NCBI RefSeq assembly: GCF_036321535.1
Contig: NC_087437.1
Span: 48,114,001-48,178,000 of the forward strand
DNA length: 64,000 nt
Direction: 5' to 3'
Origin: Camelus dromedarius
Lineage: Eukaryota
A program made the position numbers and the translations under genes. This document shows, one piece after another, positions 1 to 12,245 of the stretch. The number at the start of each line of letters is the position of its first letter. Position 1 is the stretch's first letter. Under the pieces are notes generated by a model that worked only from the letters and a program-made list of their open reading frames with translations, ran no database searches and was not told where the DNA came from.

Positions 1-420
1 GTGCTGGGCATTTGGCATCCTTGGTGAGCAAGGCTAATGGCAGCTCTCCATTAGTGGAGTTTACAGCTTAGGTAGGGAAGTCACATTTTTCCAAATAGTG
101 AAAAGTGTGATGAGGAGTTGCATGTGGTGCAATGACAGCTCAGAACCGGGACCCTACCAAGTCTAGGATGTCAGGATAGACAGAGACATGTGACTTGAGA
201 TCTAAAGGGTGGTTCTAGTTAATTAGGCACAGAGAGGTTGGAGAAACTTGTGGGCAGAGGGGACATCCCTGCCAGGGCTAGGAGCATAGCACATTCTGAG
301 AAGGGGAAACAGACCAAGGTGGCTGCCTGCAGAGTGACAGCGAGAGGCAGGCAGGGGCTACACGGTGTTACTCAGTGTGCTGTGTGGGCCTGTGAACTCG
401 CTGGTATCATGCTGCGATGA
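1..420 (-). mobile_element. L2 fragment
   Basis: Degenerate L2-type sequence (gtgctggg...ggagtttacag...tgacttgagatctaaagg...agcacattctgag). Confidence 0.55.
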
Positions 421-1834
421 GACAGGTATAGAAATGGAAAGTACGCATTCAGAAATTTTTATAGCAATTTCACAAAGTAATTTTATGTTTGTTCAATCTG
501 ATAATAAAAATGTGGGGCTTGCATTTTGCATGTCTTTTTTGTTTTCCTTTCATTTATCTGAGAATTTAATCTTTATCATATTCATAAAAGGATCAATTCA
601 CAGCAGTTAGATGTTAAAAAGCAAAAGTGGCCCTTTAGTAAAGATAGTTTGTGCAGCTGTGGGCTGTACCTTGTAAGCCAAGTTAAAGGTTTTGGTTTTC
701 ATCTTGTGAGAAACAGACATACAGCACAGCAAATGCTTATGGAGCTGGCATACTACATAATGGTCTGGCTGTGAAGCTAAAGTTTCAGCCAACAATTTCC
801 TTTACTTCATTAATAGCTGAGTAAAACCACCCTACATGCATGTACAGGAAACTACTAGTAGATTGTGAGCCCTTGGATGGGATTTATCTGTTCCTGGGTC
901 TCCAGAGCCTTCCTAATTCCAGGGAGAAGTTCAGAATAATATTGCTGAATTCAATTATAACTATAATTCAGAATAGTCACTCTCAAAGTTTTCAGCCTGT
1001 GACCCAGCTAGGAGCCTGTACCAGTCCCTTTTAGACCCCTGGTTTGTTCAAGGCTCACTATTCTAGGAGGGAGAAGGGCCACCAGACACTGGGGAACGAG
1101 GCAGGGTTACAGCCAGATGGGGACACACACACTTCCCATCCCAGGCTCCAGAAACGGTGCAGAGTGGCCTTCAGAAACAGTTAAAGACAAGTGGTGAGTG
1201 GGGAATGGGTGCCTTTGAAACAGTTACATATCTGAGTCACAATCTCAACTTTCCAGCTGATTCTTGCTTGAATTTTAAGCACTTCCTTCATTTCCCACAA
1301 GTAACCATCAGTTACTGCCAGCAGCACATAGTTCTTTCTGTGTCAGATCTAAAGCTCAGAGATTCTTAGAAAAACCCAGCCGCCCCTTTTGATGTTACAG
1401 AGGAGAATTGAGGGTGAAGGCCTGGAGTTGGCTTAACACTTACTCGGTTTTATCACACAGAGAACAAAAGCACCAGAGCATAAACCCCAGTTTTGTTGAA
1501 GGTAATTAAATGCAAACACACACCAGCAAAATTACCAAGACCCAGCCTCGAGGCCCCTTTATTCTATTACCTTTCACTACATCCTCTTTAGCCTGATAAC
1601 TGCAATCTGGAAGCAGTTGTCCCTGTCATTAATGCGAGTTATTGAGAGTCCAACTGTAATTCTATCCTTCTTTTCTGACTCAAAGTTATATCCCAAAGGG
1701 AAATATGTCATGCCAGTCGGGCTCACATAAGAATGACTTATCCTATCAAGTCCTAATAGTCTTATAATGGAGAAAAGCAGTGGCAAGGATTACTTGAAAC
1801 AAGGGATAATCCTAAGTGACATGTTTAGAAATCC

Positions 1835-1836
<2 letters not shown>

Positions 1837-1865
<29 letters not shown>
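1837..1865. repeat. poly(T) tract
   Basis: Uninterrupted run of about 28 T. Confidence 0.95.
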
Positions 1866-1915
1866 GAATAGCTCTAGCCTCCTAAAAGCAGTTAAAATCA
1901 GGTTGCTGCCCTGGC

Positions 1916-1933
1916 TGACAGCAGGGGGCAGCA
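1916..1933 (+). promoter_or_regulatory. CTCF core motif-like site
   Basis: TGACAGCAGGGGGCAGCA resembles the CTCF consensus CCAGCAGGGGGCGC. Confidence 0.45.
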
Positions 1934-2122
1934 GATCAGAGTCGGCTCCAGCTCTGTGAACGTGGTTTCAAGGATGGAAAATTTGCTGCAGAAAAATCCT
2001 CAAAGTGCTTAAACCTAAATACGGAAAACCTAAGAGTTGATTCCTCATTTAAATTTTTTAAAAAAAGAGCTGAGTTAAGCATAAAGAGTTTTACATTTAT
2101 TTTCAGTTTATATTCTAGTTTG

Positions 2123-2210
2123 TATTAGGTTGACCCTCATGAAATTGCCTTTTTTTGGTGTAAGTCAAAAGCTATTAAATATTGGCAATTTCAAAGGGTT
2201 AAAGCTAATA
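2123..2210. mobile_element. MADE2-like mariner MITE
   Basis: Terminal inverted repeats TATTAGGTTGACCCTCATGAAATTGCC ... GGCAATTTCAAAGGGTTAAAGCTAATA with TA ends; 88 nt. Confidence 0.75.
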
Positions 2211-2559
2211 TTTTGAGCAGAATTTAGGTACAGAAGTTCTCTTCAAGCAGACAACAGTCCTTGGTTCAAAGAGACTGTGATGGTGAGTCCTTGTGCAAAG
2301 TAAGGTCAGGTCCTGTTTAATTGCCCGCCTCTACCTCTCCCTACTCCCCACATCTGGGATCATGAGGATCCCCAAACCCCTCATCCATGTTGTCTGTCCC
2401 CAACCAAGCACTTCCTCAGCTTTGGTCACAGTGCCCCCGCCCGCCCCGTGAATACTCACTCACCTCACTGTCCCAGTCTCTCTCACTGCTCATCAGATCA
2501 AAACTCAGCTGTGGCTAACATCACAGGCTCTACAGTTCTCCCTTTCCTTTCAGACCCCC

Positions 2560-3362
2560 TGAGACCAAGCAGGACCACCCCTCCACCCCCCCGACTCCAG
2601 CCTCTTGTGTATAGAAAAGCTGAAGTCTCCCAGGCCTCCCTGAGTCATAAAAGAGCAGGCTTAAGCAGTTGACGATTAGGACAACAGTCATAGAGTCCTT
2701 GTCTGATGCACATTCCTAAGTTGTTTTACAGGTACTATATCTACCACAAGAGGGAAAACGCTAAACTGCATGATGACCAGATCTCTTCCCTGGCCTCCCC
2801 TTCAGTAATCACGTGAACTGTTACTGAGGCTGTTGCCCCCAGGATCATACATACCCCTGCTCCTCCCTGAACAGAAACCAATTACTGTTACCTAAGTCTC
2901 AGGAGGAAGCTGGAAAGAGAAAAAACAAGAACTACTTAGAACAAACCAGGCTTAAGATGGTGGAGAATTTGACTGCCAGTGGACACTAAGCCTCATTATA
3001 CACTCTTTGTAATGTATTAGCATGCTAAATGACACACCCACCAGTGCCATGCAACAGCTGGAAAGAGCCATAACAGGACTGAAAAAAAGGCAACTGGCTC
3101 CAGCACACCTTGAATGAGGAGATGATGGCAGAGTCTCCAATAAAAGCCCATGTGGCCCAACCTGGAGCTGGAGCTGTCTCCACCGGCCATTTTGGCTCAC
3201 ATCTCTCCGCTCGAGTGCTTTCTTTCCTTTTCTGCTTTTGAACAATAAAGCAGCCTGCCTTCCGCTTCGTTCCTCTGCCTCTGTTGAGAATTCTTTCTCA
3301 ACCGGTGGGCAAGGAACCACACTTTTGGTGGGCTTTCCAATTAGGGGATCTATTAGCTAACA
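2560..3362 (+). mobile_element. Solo LTR, ERV1 class, MER41-like
   Basis: TG...CA ends, MER41-type core TATTAGCATGCTAAATGACACACCCACCAGTGCCATG, TATA-like AATAAAAG at 3139 and polyA signal AATAAA at 3244. The TSD is not clean. Confidence 0.75.
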
Positions 3363-3435
3363 TTCCCACTTGGAAAACAAGGTTTCTATGTCTATGTTGC
3401 TGAGCCTTGAGTGAGTTCTTCTTGGTCTGTTCTGT

Positions 3436-3622
3436 TAGCGGTTCTCAAAGTGTGGCCCATGGCCAGGACCAGAAGCATCTGTATCACCTGGGAACTTGTT
3501 TACAGAGCAGATTCTTAGTTTTAACCTACTGAGTCAGACATTCTGGAGATGGGGTCCAGCAATCTGAGTTTTAACAAGCCCTCTGGGTGATGTGAATGCA
3601 GAGTGAAATTTGAGAACCACTG
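3436..3622. mobile_element. MER5A (hAT-Charlie MITE)
   Basis: TIRs AGCGGTTCTCAAA...TTTGAGAACCACTG and internal ATCACCTGGGAACTTGTT. Confidence 0.9.
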
Positions 3623-4299
3623 CACTAGGTCATAAAGCCGAGTTTCTCCTCTGATCTCATTTTCTGTTACCAACGGCCTTTTACAAATTTTATCTTCTAG
3701 GCAGTTTCTAATTTCCTTCCCAGCAGTTTAAACTTCAGCTGAATCCCAGGCTTGTAGCTGGGTCCTTATTATGCATGGAATGACTTCTCAGTTACCAAAT
3801 GACACCCTCCTGGGATGCTGATATCATCCACTCTGGGTTCTGAAATGTTAGCCTCTGCCTATCTGTTGGAACCCAGGAGGTCGGCCATTTGTGGCAGCTG
3901 CAACTGGAGTTTGTGGTATCCCTGAACTTGGAGCTTTGCCTGCCTGCCTGAGTCTCCTATGGATGGGCTCAACCCCCCAGACCTGTCCTGCCTTGGTGGG
4001 TGGGTCCTACTATATCTGGTCTTTCTCTAACTCATTAGTACCAAACAACCACCTTTAGATCTGAAATATAGTAAATGCTTTCTAGGTTGTTTACATTTGA
4101 GCAGTTAAAAATAAGAGGAAGTGTTAGGAGATGTCATTCAAAGTAGATACCTTAGTTCTAAAAGAGGGCCCAACTTTTCCTTTTTTCCCCTGGAGGCGTT
4201 ACATGCTTGCTCATCTGGACAGCGAATCGGAGGAAAAGGGAAACGCCAGCTCATAGAAATGTGAACTTTGAGAAAGAAATCATGTTACTTAAGCACAAC

Positions 4300-4440
4300 T
4301 TCAAATTTTGCTTATTTGTCCATCTCCCCACTACATCTTGAGCTCCTCGAAGAAGGAAATTTTTGTCTAGTTAATTCTTGTATTTTTAGTCTGCAAAGAT
4401 GGTAGATGCTCAATGAATGTTTGAGAAATGATTGAATGGA
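4300..4440 (+). mobile_element. L2 3' end
   Basis: gtagatgctcaatgaatgtttgagaaatgattgaatg is a typical L2 tail. Confidence 0.65.
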
Positions 4441-4441
4441 A

Positions 4442-4472
<31 letters not shown>

Positions 4473-4484
4473 CTCTCTCTCTCA
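4442..4484. repeat. (CA)n(CT)n compound microsatellite
   Basis: Directly visible. Confidence 0.95.
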
Positions 4485-4699
4485 CATGCAAAAATTAAGG
4501 ATCTGTTTCTCCAGATGGTCTAGATTATTAAAGGTTACCAATAGAAAAATGGACTGTTTGCACTTGACCAAGATCTAAGCTCAGCATCCACTGTTCAAGG
4601 TGGGGAGCTACAGTAGATTTAGTACTTGGGTTGGGTATCTCTGTCAGTAAAGGCCCTGGCAAAGCTACTGTCCTTAGAATGTAGATCATCATCACATCT

Positions 4700-4830
4700 C
4701 AGGCTGTAAAGACCTCAAGGAACTCCTTTCACTTTTTGGAGGAGGAAACAGGCCAATAGGGGTGAAGTCAATTTTCTAAGGTCACCAAGTTGGTTGCTGG
4801 CAAAACCTAGAATAGAACCCAGACTTCCTA
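4700..4830 (-). mobile_element. MIR
   Basis: gaggaaacaggcc...aaggtcac...agaacccag core. Confidence 0.65.
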
Positions 4831-5199
4831 TTAATTCTTTTCCCAGTCTGCTTTAGAAATCATGTTTGGCATTTATTTATAATGATAGAACCACATTGGA
4901 AAGGATGACTTTTCCCTAAATTTTTTTTTCAAGATTATAACTATCTTAAAAAATGACAATATGCCTGAAGCCGTATGCTCTGACTTATTTAAATTATTCT
5001 TGTCTGTTTCTTTTAAGAGAAATTCGCTGTGTGTTCTTCTCCTAAAGAAGTTCAAAGAAGTGTCATTTCCAAGCTTATAAATTGCAAATTCGTTGGATGC
5101 AGCACGGTCCAATTAACTCAAATGCTAACCAGAGGGGTCCTAAGATATTCAGTCAATTTCACATGTATCCTAAACTCAGCTTTCCTCAGCTGCACATAT

Positions 5200-5990
5200 A
5201 ATGAAAGAAATAGAAATAGCAATGAGATGTTGATTTTTGTCTATTAGATTGGCAAAGATTAATTCTTTTGGCTGGAGTACAGGTAAATAAGATTCATAGG
5301 CGGTATATGAGAGGGAAATTGGCAAAGTCTTTTTGGAGGGCAGTTTGCTGATGGAGTCAAACCTTTAAAAGCACATGGTCTTACATCAGCAGTTTTCCTT
5401 CTGGGTAGGGAGGGTATAGCTCAGCGGTAGAGCACATGCTTAGCATGCATAAGGTCCTGGGTTCAATCCCCAGGACCTCCATTAAAAAAATAAGAAGAAA
5501 TAAGAAATCCAAATTACCTCCCCCCAAAAAGAGTTTTGATTCTAGTTATTTATGCTAATGATACCAGAAAGTGCAAAGATGTCCCTGTACAAGGATATTT
5601 ATCCCAATATTATTTAGAAGTATGAATAACTGGAAGCAACCTAAAGTCTATGAATTGGGGATTAGTTATATACATTATGATAATCCATAAAACAACATTC
5701 TACATAGTTATTAAAAATTATAAATTATATTTACTGAGATTTAAAGATCTCTAGGACATAAGCAGGAGAGAAAAACACAGTTCAATACCTCAGGTACAGT
5801 ATGATCATATTTCCATAAAATTGTGCGTGTGTGTGAGTGTGTGATTATAGGGAGGCATGTGTAAAGATGACTCTCAAAATGTTAAAAGTGATTACTTTGA
5901 GATGGTGAACTCGAGGTGCCTTTCTTTCCTCTTTATGTTTACATGAATTTTATACATGAGCAGGTATAAGATTTATAATTAGAAAGAAAA
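5200..5990 (+). mobile_element. Old L1 (L1ME-like) 3' fragment interrupted by a SINE
   Basis: tagattggcaaagatt, tttggagggcagtttg and tggaagcaacctaaa motifs. Confidence 0.65.
5403..5530 (+). mobile_element. Camelid tRNA-derived SINE (Vic-1-like)
   Basis: GGGAGGGTATAGCTCAGCGGTAGAGC (A box) ... GGTTCAATCCC (B box), an A-rich middle, AATTACCTCCCCCC then A tail, and an imperfect TSD agttttccttct/agttttgattct. Confidence 0.88.
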
Positions 5991-6811
5991 AATCTACCTT
6001 CATATTTTAAACAAAATGAAACTCAATATTTTAATATTGCCAAATTATGTTTTATGACATTCTGAGACATGAACACTAGGCAAATACATTTATGATGTTT
6101 CAAAAGCCACAAGGGTTAGGTTTCAAATATAATTTGACTTGATTCTTATTCCAAATCGGAAAAATAAAGGTTAACTTAAGCTCCACTTGTGTTGTTAACT
6201 TTTTTTATAAAGACACTTTTGATGAAATGATTCATGACCCTAGACTTTTATCCACAGACATCAGGTGTTGTTTCCAGGAGTGACAGCTCTTCTGGACCGT
6301 GAATATTCTTTCTGATCATGTACCCAGTGACTCTTGTTACCAGGAAATCTACGGCCAGTCACGGAAATGCTGCTGACCACCTGCTGCATAACTGCTATGC
6401 ACACATGTGCCTTCCACGCAGGAGCTGTCACCCACCCCACCAGCGATGCTGCTCACGCTGGCACTTCAGGGAGCTCGTCCTAGATTAAGTGACTGGAGGC
6501 AGCGGAGCAAGGCACATTTCCTTCTTTTGACAAAGCTAATTTCAACACCAATGAAATACTACTCAAAAGCAAGCATTTCAAATGAATTTTTAACTGAAAT
6601 TGGAAAATAGTTTGAAATTTTGAACCAGAAATGTTGATATAAAAGCAGATAGAATTTTAACAGTTTTAAATTATGGTGCGTCTTTACTTTTTCTCTTCCA
6701 GTTTCAAGGTACAGCAAGGGGACCCATGTGTCTGGAGTCAAGTGAGAGTGGCAGGCACTGAAAACCCATTTGTTGAATGAATGTAGTTCCACTTTACATG
6801 AAACTTTCCTG

Positions 6812-6938
6812 AGCACTGGAGTCCCTGTAGAACTCTGTCCCTAGAGATTCTGATTCAGTAGGTCTGTGGGAAGCCCCTGAATCTGCATTTCTAATAAGCT
6901 TCCAGGTGGTGCTGATGGACAACCTTGAGAAGCATTGC
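6812..6938. mobile_element. MER5-family fragment
   Basis: agagattctgattcagtaggtctg...gaatctgcatttctaataagct. Confidence 0.8.
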
Positions 6939-7429
6939 TTTAGGCTGCAGTCTGTTCCCTATATTTTCTGACACTTGAGCGTTTGAATTGTGGCCCATTC
7001 TGACATGCCGGATGGAAGAAGCATACTTCTCTATCCAGGAAGGTTGTCACAGTACTCAGAAGGACCCAGTGGGACACAAAAGATGGGACTATCCTCCCAG
7101 ACCATTGATGCAGATCTGCCAAATCCAGCCTGGCAACTGATGAGCAGAGCAGATGCCCTGGCCAGCTTGCTTTCACATCCAGGCTGCACCAGGCCTCTCC
7201 AGACTGAGCAGGTTGGCATACCATTTGTGTATATGAATAGCCACTACCATATATGTATCTGCATAGAGTAAAATTTGTACCTACATATAACATGCTTCTG
7301 TGCAAGCAGATATGGCAGGATCTATGTATACATAGGAGGAAGATTGGAACGGATGTGTATACTGAACCAGGAATTAAGCTAAATGTCTGTTGAGTAAACT
7401 GAGCTATTTAGCGAGAAGGAAGGGCAGTG

Positions 7430-7670
7430 AGAATGAGCATTTTTGAAGCCTCCCTTATCTCCCATGCACTGGTAAGGATCCTCATACAAAGTGTCTCCGT
7501 TACTCCTGAGCATAGATGGCACAATGAGATGGGCTCTGTGATCCTTGCTCAGGGGATGAGGTCTCTGAGTCTCCAGGGTTAAACAACTTGTCTAGTAAGA
7601 ATGAAACTACTGAATGGCAGATCTGGAATTGGAATTCATTTACACCTGACTTCAAAGTCTATATTTTCTC
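7430..7670 (-). mobile_element. MIR
   Basis: gatgagg...ttaaacaacttgtc...tgacttcaaagtc. Confidence 0.55.
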
Positions 7671-8580
7671 CACTGTTTTCTCACTAACACAACATGGAGC
7701 AAATAAAAAATTTATTTGATAAAAATATTATTATGAATCTAACATCAGTTTGTATTCCATAGATCATTTATTACCGTGGTTGTGTGGGTTTTTGCTGAGT
7801 ACACGAAAGAGCTCAATACTAGTAGCCTCATTGTGTGTCTGATGTACATTTGATTGAACTAATGTACTTTTAAAAACATTGTTTTTTTGATGGCACAATC
7901 TCTTACATTAAAAAGTCATTGTGTTATGTGTGCTTCCCTGGTTACAAATGGCCAGTTGTCAATTTTAAAGCATTTTGGATAGCAAAGGACCAGATTTTGG
8001 CAGAAGTAATCTGGCCAGGAATCAAACCCAGAAGAAAAACCAAGCTTATGAAAAGCCCTGTATGATTTTGTTATTGTGGGAGAATTATTTTTAAAAAAAT
8101 GTTGTGTTTGTGAAATCAGAGGAACCAAGGGAGCAATTGAGGTAAGAAGCCTTACATCAGCCCTAGCTTACAATATGAAATACACAACTATAACCACAGA
8201 AAGTATTTCTGAAGAATTTATAATAACACGGGAAAATGATAATGTGCAATGTCATGTGAAATAAGGAGACTGAAAGTGTATATGCGGGTGATTTCAATCA
8301 CGAAAACCGTATCTGCACAGGAAAAAAGATTTGGAGAAACTACAACATAATAATGGTAATAGCTGTCTTTGCGATGTGCTTATGGGTCATTTTAGCATTC
8401 TTTACACCTGTGTGTATTTTTTTTTGTTTATTTTTTTTACCACGATCATATAGTACTTTAATGAGAATAAATACATCTTTCATTTTTTTTTAAAGTTAAC
8501 CTACTTATTCTGTCCCTATTAGAGTGTAAGGTAGGCAGTACGAATTATTTTGAAAGCTATCATGGTAGCCTACCTTCTAC

Positions 8581-8645
8581 TGTGTGTGTGTGTGTGTGTG
8601 TGCACGCATAAGAGAGAGACAGAGACAGAAAGAAAGAAAAAAAGA
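8581..8645. repeat. (TG)n plus (GA)/(GAAA) microsatellite
   Basis: Directly visible. Confidence 0.9.
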
Positions 8646-9664
8646 AATGAGGGGATGGGATAGGGTAGTGAGGAGGACTGGGCTGAATAATTCCTGATTG
8701 CTGGTATTTCCCTCCTGCCATTATTTTCAGGGTTCTGGAGTCAGGTTTACACACTGGCGAAGTACTTCACCATCTTACAGGATGAAGGTGGAGTAGGAGG
8801 GAGAGGAAGAAGCTTTCATCTGTGTAAGAGAGAACCTGCCTCCTGGGTTCCTGAAGGATAAAGTGAGTTAGTAAACCTCGTAGAACATGTGGCACTTAGG
8901 AAATGGTAACTATTATTATTGAATCAAAAGGAGCTACTTTAAGTTTCTTATTCAAGCTTTGCATCTAATGATTTCTCCCTTTTTGTCCCTTCTAGGTAAC
9001 CTAATTTTGCTCTGTTAATTTTCCGAAACACCTTCAATTTGCAAAGGAACTTTGACTACTAAGGAATTAGGTCTTTGCTAGGAGGGCAGGACACAGTTTG
9101 TGTAGGTGCCCTTGACAGGAGAAGGGATAGGATTTCACGTGCCTCCCCATGAGCCTGGTCATCAAGAAGAAGGGTCAGGGTGAGCAGGGATTTATACACT
9201 TCTTGACTTTCCAGGCTTTCTCTCTTGTACTATCTCAGATTGCCAGGAAGGGTTTAACCCTCACTCCTATAAGCTATAAGCACCGTCTTCAGCACTGAGA
9301 TGTGTGCTGGGCTGGGCTTTCTGAAAATAAAAGTAAGGGGAATACACTTAACAGCTTGCATGACTGTGTTTCCCTAGTTACTCAGTTATGTTCCATGTAT
9401 TTAGCACTATCTCTGGACTGAGTGAGGCTGGTGCCTCGTTGAGTGCTAAAATGGCATCAGTGGGATGTTGAGTTATATAAACAGTCAACACACGTTTATT
9501 GTATCCCTAACAGATCCCAGGTGCTAAAAGAAACATAAACAAATGTATAAAGCAGAGCCTATCCTCAGGAGCTCCAAGTAATCTTGTGTGACAGCGTTAA
9601 CCATCTTGCAATAGTACAAAGTTCATATTGTTTTATAGTAAGAGAAATGCTAATCAAATACAAT

Positions 9665-9860
9665 TAAAGTATGGAGTCTAGTTAATGTTAATGCACCAAA
9701 GAACCAACATTGATTCATTAGTTGTGGCAAATGTACGATACTAACCTAAGATGCTAACCACAGGGGAACCTGAACGCAGGGTTTGTGGGGGCCCTTTGTT
9801 TAACCTTTGTACTTTTCTGTAAACCTAAAACTATTCTAAAAAAGAAAGTTTATTTAAAAA
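9665..9860 (+). mobile_element. L1MC-like 3' end
   Basis: ttttctgtaaacctaaaactattctaaaa...aagtttatttaaaaa terminal motif. Confidence 0.75.
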
Positions 9861-9863
9861 GTC

Positions 9864-10167
9864 AAATATTGGCTATATTCCCAATGTTGTGCAATATATC
9901 CTTGTAGCTTATTCTATACCTGATAGTTTGTATCTTTTAATTCTCCACCTCCGTCTTGCCCAACCCCCTACCCTCTCCCCAATGGGAACGACTAGTTCCT
10001 TCTCTATAGCCAATATTTTGTAATAACTGTAAATGGAGTATAACCTTTAAAAATTGTGAATCACTATATTGTATACCTGTAACATACAATATTGCACATC
10101 AACTATACTTCAATTTAAAAAATATGATATTGTAAAATAAGTGCATAAATGAATAAAGTTAAAAAAA
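9864..10167 (+). mobile_element. 5'-inverted (twin-primed) L1 3' UTR insertion
   Basis: 9864-10004 reads as antisense L1 3' UTR; 10005-10125 is the sense 3' end (caactatacttcaat plus A tail). Confidence 0.75.
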
Positions 10168-10724
10168 TCAGATAGAATTTGTTAAGCATGGCAAACAGTT
10201 TTGCCTACAAACTCACTTTCAGCCTTTCAACCCTGATTTCCTTTCATGTAACCCTCAGATGACAATCAATCACCTTGATTTTATTCTCTCTAGGAAAACC
10301 CGATGTGTTCACCCGTTCTAGCTGCAAGTCTCAGCTGCACAGAATCTTGGCTTTGGGATTGCCCTTGCACTGGATATAAGACATATGTAACCAGATGTGG
10401 TGGAAATCAGATCAGCTCTTTGGCTGGGAGAAGCAGGGTATCCTCAGTGTTTCTGAATACCTGTTTCTAAGGATTTACTAATCCTGGAATCTTAGCTCAG
10501 GGGTGTTGGTGTAATTTCTCAAGGGCATCCAACATTCACCAAGTCTGGTGCATTTGGAACAGGAAGAATGCAGGAAGATAAGGCTTCTCTTGTGTAAAAT
10601 GATAACTCTGTCTCCTCTCTGAGCTTCAGCTTCTTCATCTGAAAGTAGGGTGATAACTATCAGTTCTGGCATTGCTTGGTCCTTTTGACCTAGTCCAAGC
10701 AGAGTGGCAGGCCCCACCTCTGCT

Positions 10725-10855
10725 CCCACCTCCGCCTCCACCACATCCACCACTTCTCCTGTTTCCGCCAGCTCCCATCACCACACTACCCCTGTACCTC
10801 TACCAACTCCCGCATCACCTTCACCACCACCATTCCCACTCCTAACCACCACCTC
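10725..10855. repeat. Degenerate (CCA)n low-complexity tract
   Basis: Repeated ccacca/ccatca units. Confidence 0.8.
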
Positions 10856-12106
10856 ATAATGATGGCGCCTGAAGGCTTACTAAACATCATGACAATTGAC
10901 TCTGAAGAGGTAAGTGTCTTTAAGACGAACTCCGCCGAGGTGAATACACAACATAGGTGTGAACCCTCTCCAGCCAAGCTCCACAGAGATGACACTACTC
11001 ATGACATCCAGGCCAGAAATCCCTCCTTTCACCCAGTTAACTGTGGGCTGGCTGAGCACCCCTTTCTCCATTAGGCTCAATGGAAGACAGATGCCAGATG
11101 CACCCTGCCCATTGCTAACTTGGACAGATGAGATGTTAGATGATATTTAATCTGCCAATCCCTTCAAAATTGTGCCTCTGCACAAAAGGACTTCAAATTC
11201 AGTTACTCTGGAGATTCAACAAGAGTTGCCTGGTATGATTAGATCAGCATGATGAATTCAAACCTCAAAACCATCATTTAACACTCTGGTGCGTAAGGGA
11301 AATAGTGTGTTTAATAAAACTCTCAGCATCCACTGGGATTGGCATTATAAGGTTCATTAACACAATCACACAAAATAAGAGTTGAAGGGGAAAATATCAT
11401 GGAGCAACATAATGAAAAGAGGAAAAGGAACTTTCAAAGCAGATATGTGTCAAGGAGGGGATGCAGGTGGAGAGGCAGCCTCTCTTGGAGTGTTTCAAAT
11501 GCTTGCGGGTCATCATTCCATTTCAGAAGCTGACTTGCAGGGGTGCTGCATCTTCTAAATGCTCCAGGACCTGCTGTTGCTGCTTCCCACAGGGTATGAG
11601 ACTGGTGTTGGCCTGTCTTCAGCCATTAGACTCCAGTCTTAAATCTCCTCTGTAGTTCAGTGTACAGTCACCTATTGTATTAGAGGTTAAGTTCTGATGC
11701 AGTAATTGTCAGAAGTGTTTTATTCACAGGGATCATAAAACATGAGCCCGGAAAGGACAGCCTAGTCTAGTGAATGGCTCATGAACTGGGGAAAAGATGG
11801 TTTTGCGCTCTTGGAAGTCTGCCACAGGACCTGGTGCCATCTGCATCCCTCTGGGAAATCCACCTAAGAATTACACTTCAGTTTCCTTGTCCTGAAAATT
11901 AAGTTTCCTACACGGACTTCTTTTTATGAGGGTAAAGGTTCTAGGACAATAACTTTTGATTGAGTAGGCATCCTTTGAAATAAATATACTAAACAAAACA
12001 AAACAAAACAAAAAACCACCATAAAACAGGAGTGAACAGTCCTGAAAAACAGGATTAATAGCTCTCGCTAGAAAGTGTCAGTAAAGGCTTCTTGAAATTC
12101 TTAGTC

Positions 12107-12245
12107 CAATGGTTCTCAATGTGTGGTCCCCAGACCAGAAGCCCTCCAATCACTCAAGAACTTGTTAGAAATGCAAATTATCTACTGAATCAGAAACTCT
12201 GTGTGTGTGTGTGTGTTGGGGGGGGGGGTCTTGGTAATCTGTATG
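12107..12245. mobile_element. MER5A fragment with (TG)n/poly(G) expansion
   Basis: caatggttctcaatgtgtggtcccc...gaacttgttagaaatgcaaatt...ctactgaatcagaaactct. Confidence 0.85.

Noticed and set aside
1571..1623. Possible minus-strand exon ending AAG|GTAATA
   Set aside because: Poor acceptor, and no match to the recalled PEX5L exon 3 or 4 peptides.
5408..5481. tRNA-Ala gene
   Set aside because: It is followed by a SINE-specific tail and flanked by a TSD, so it is a SINE head.
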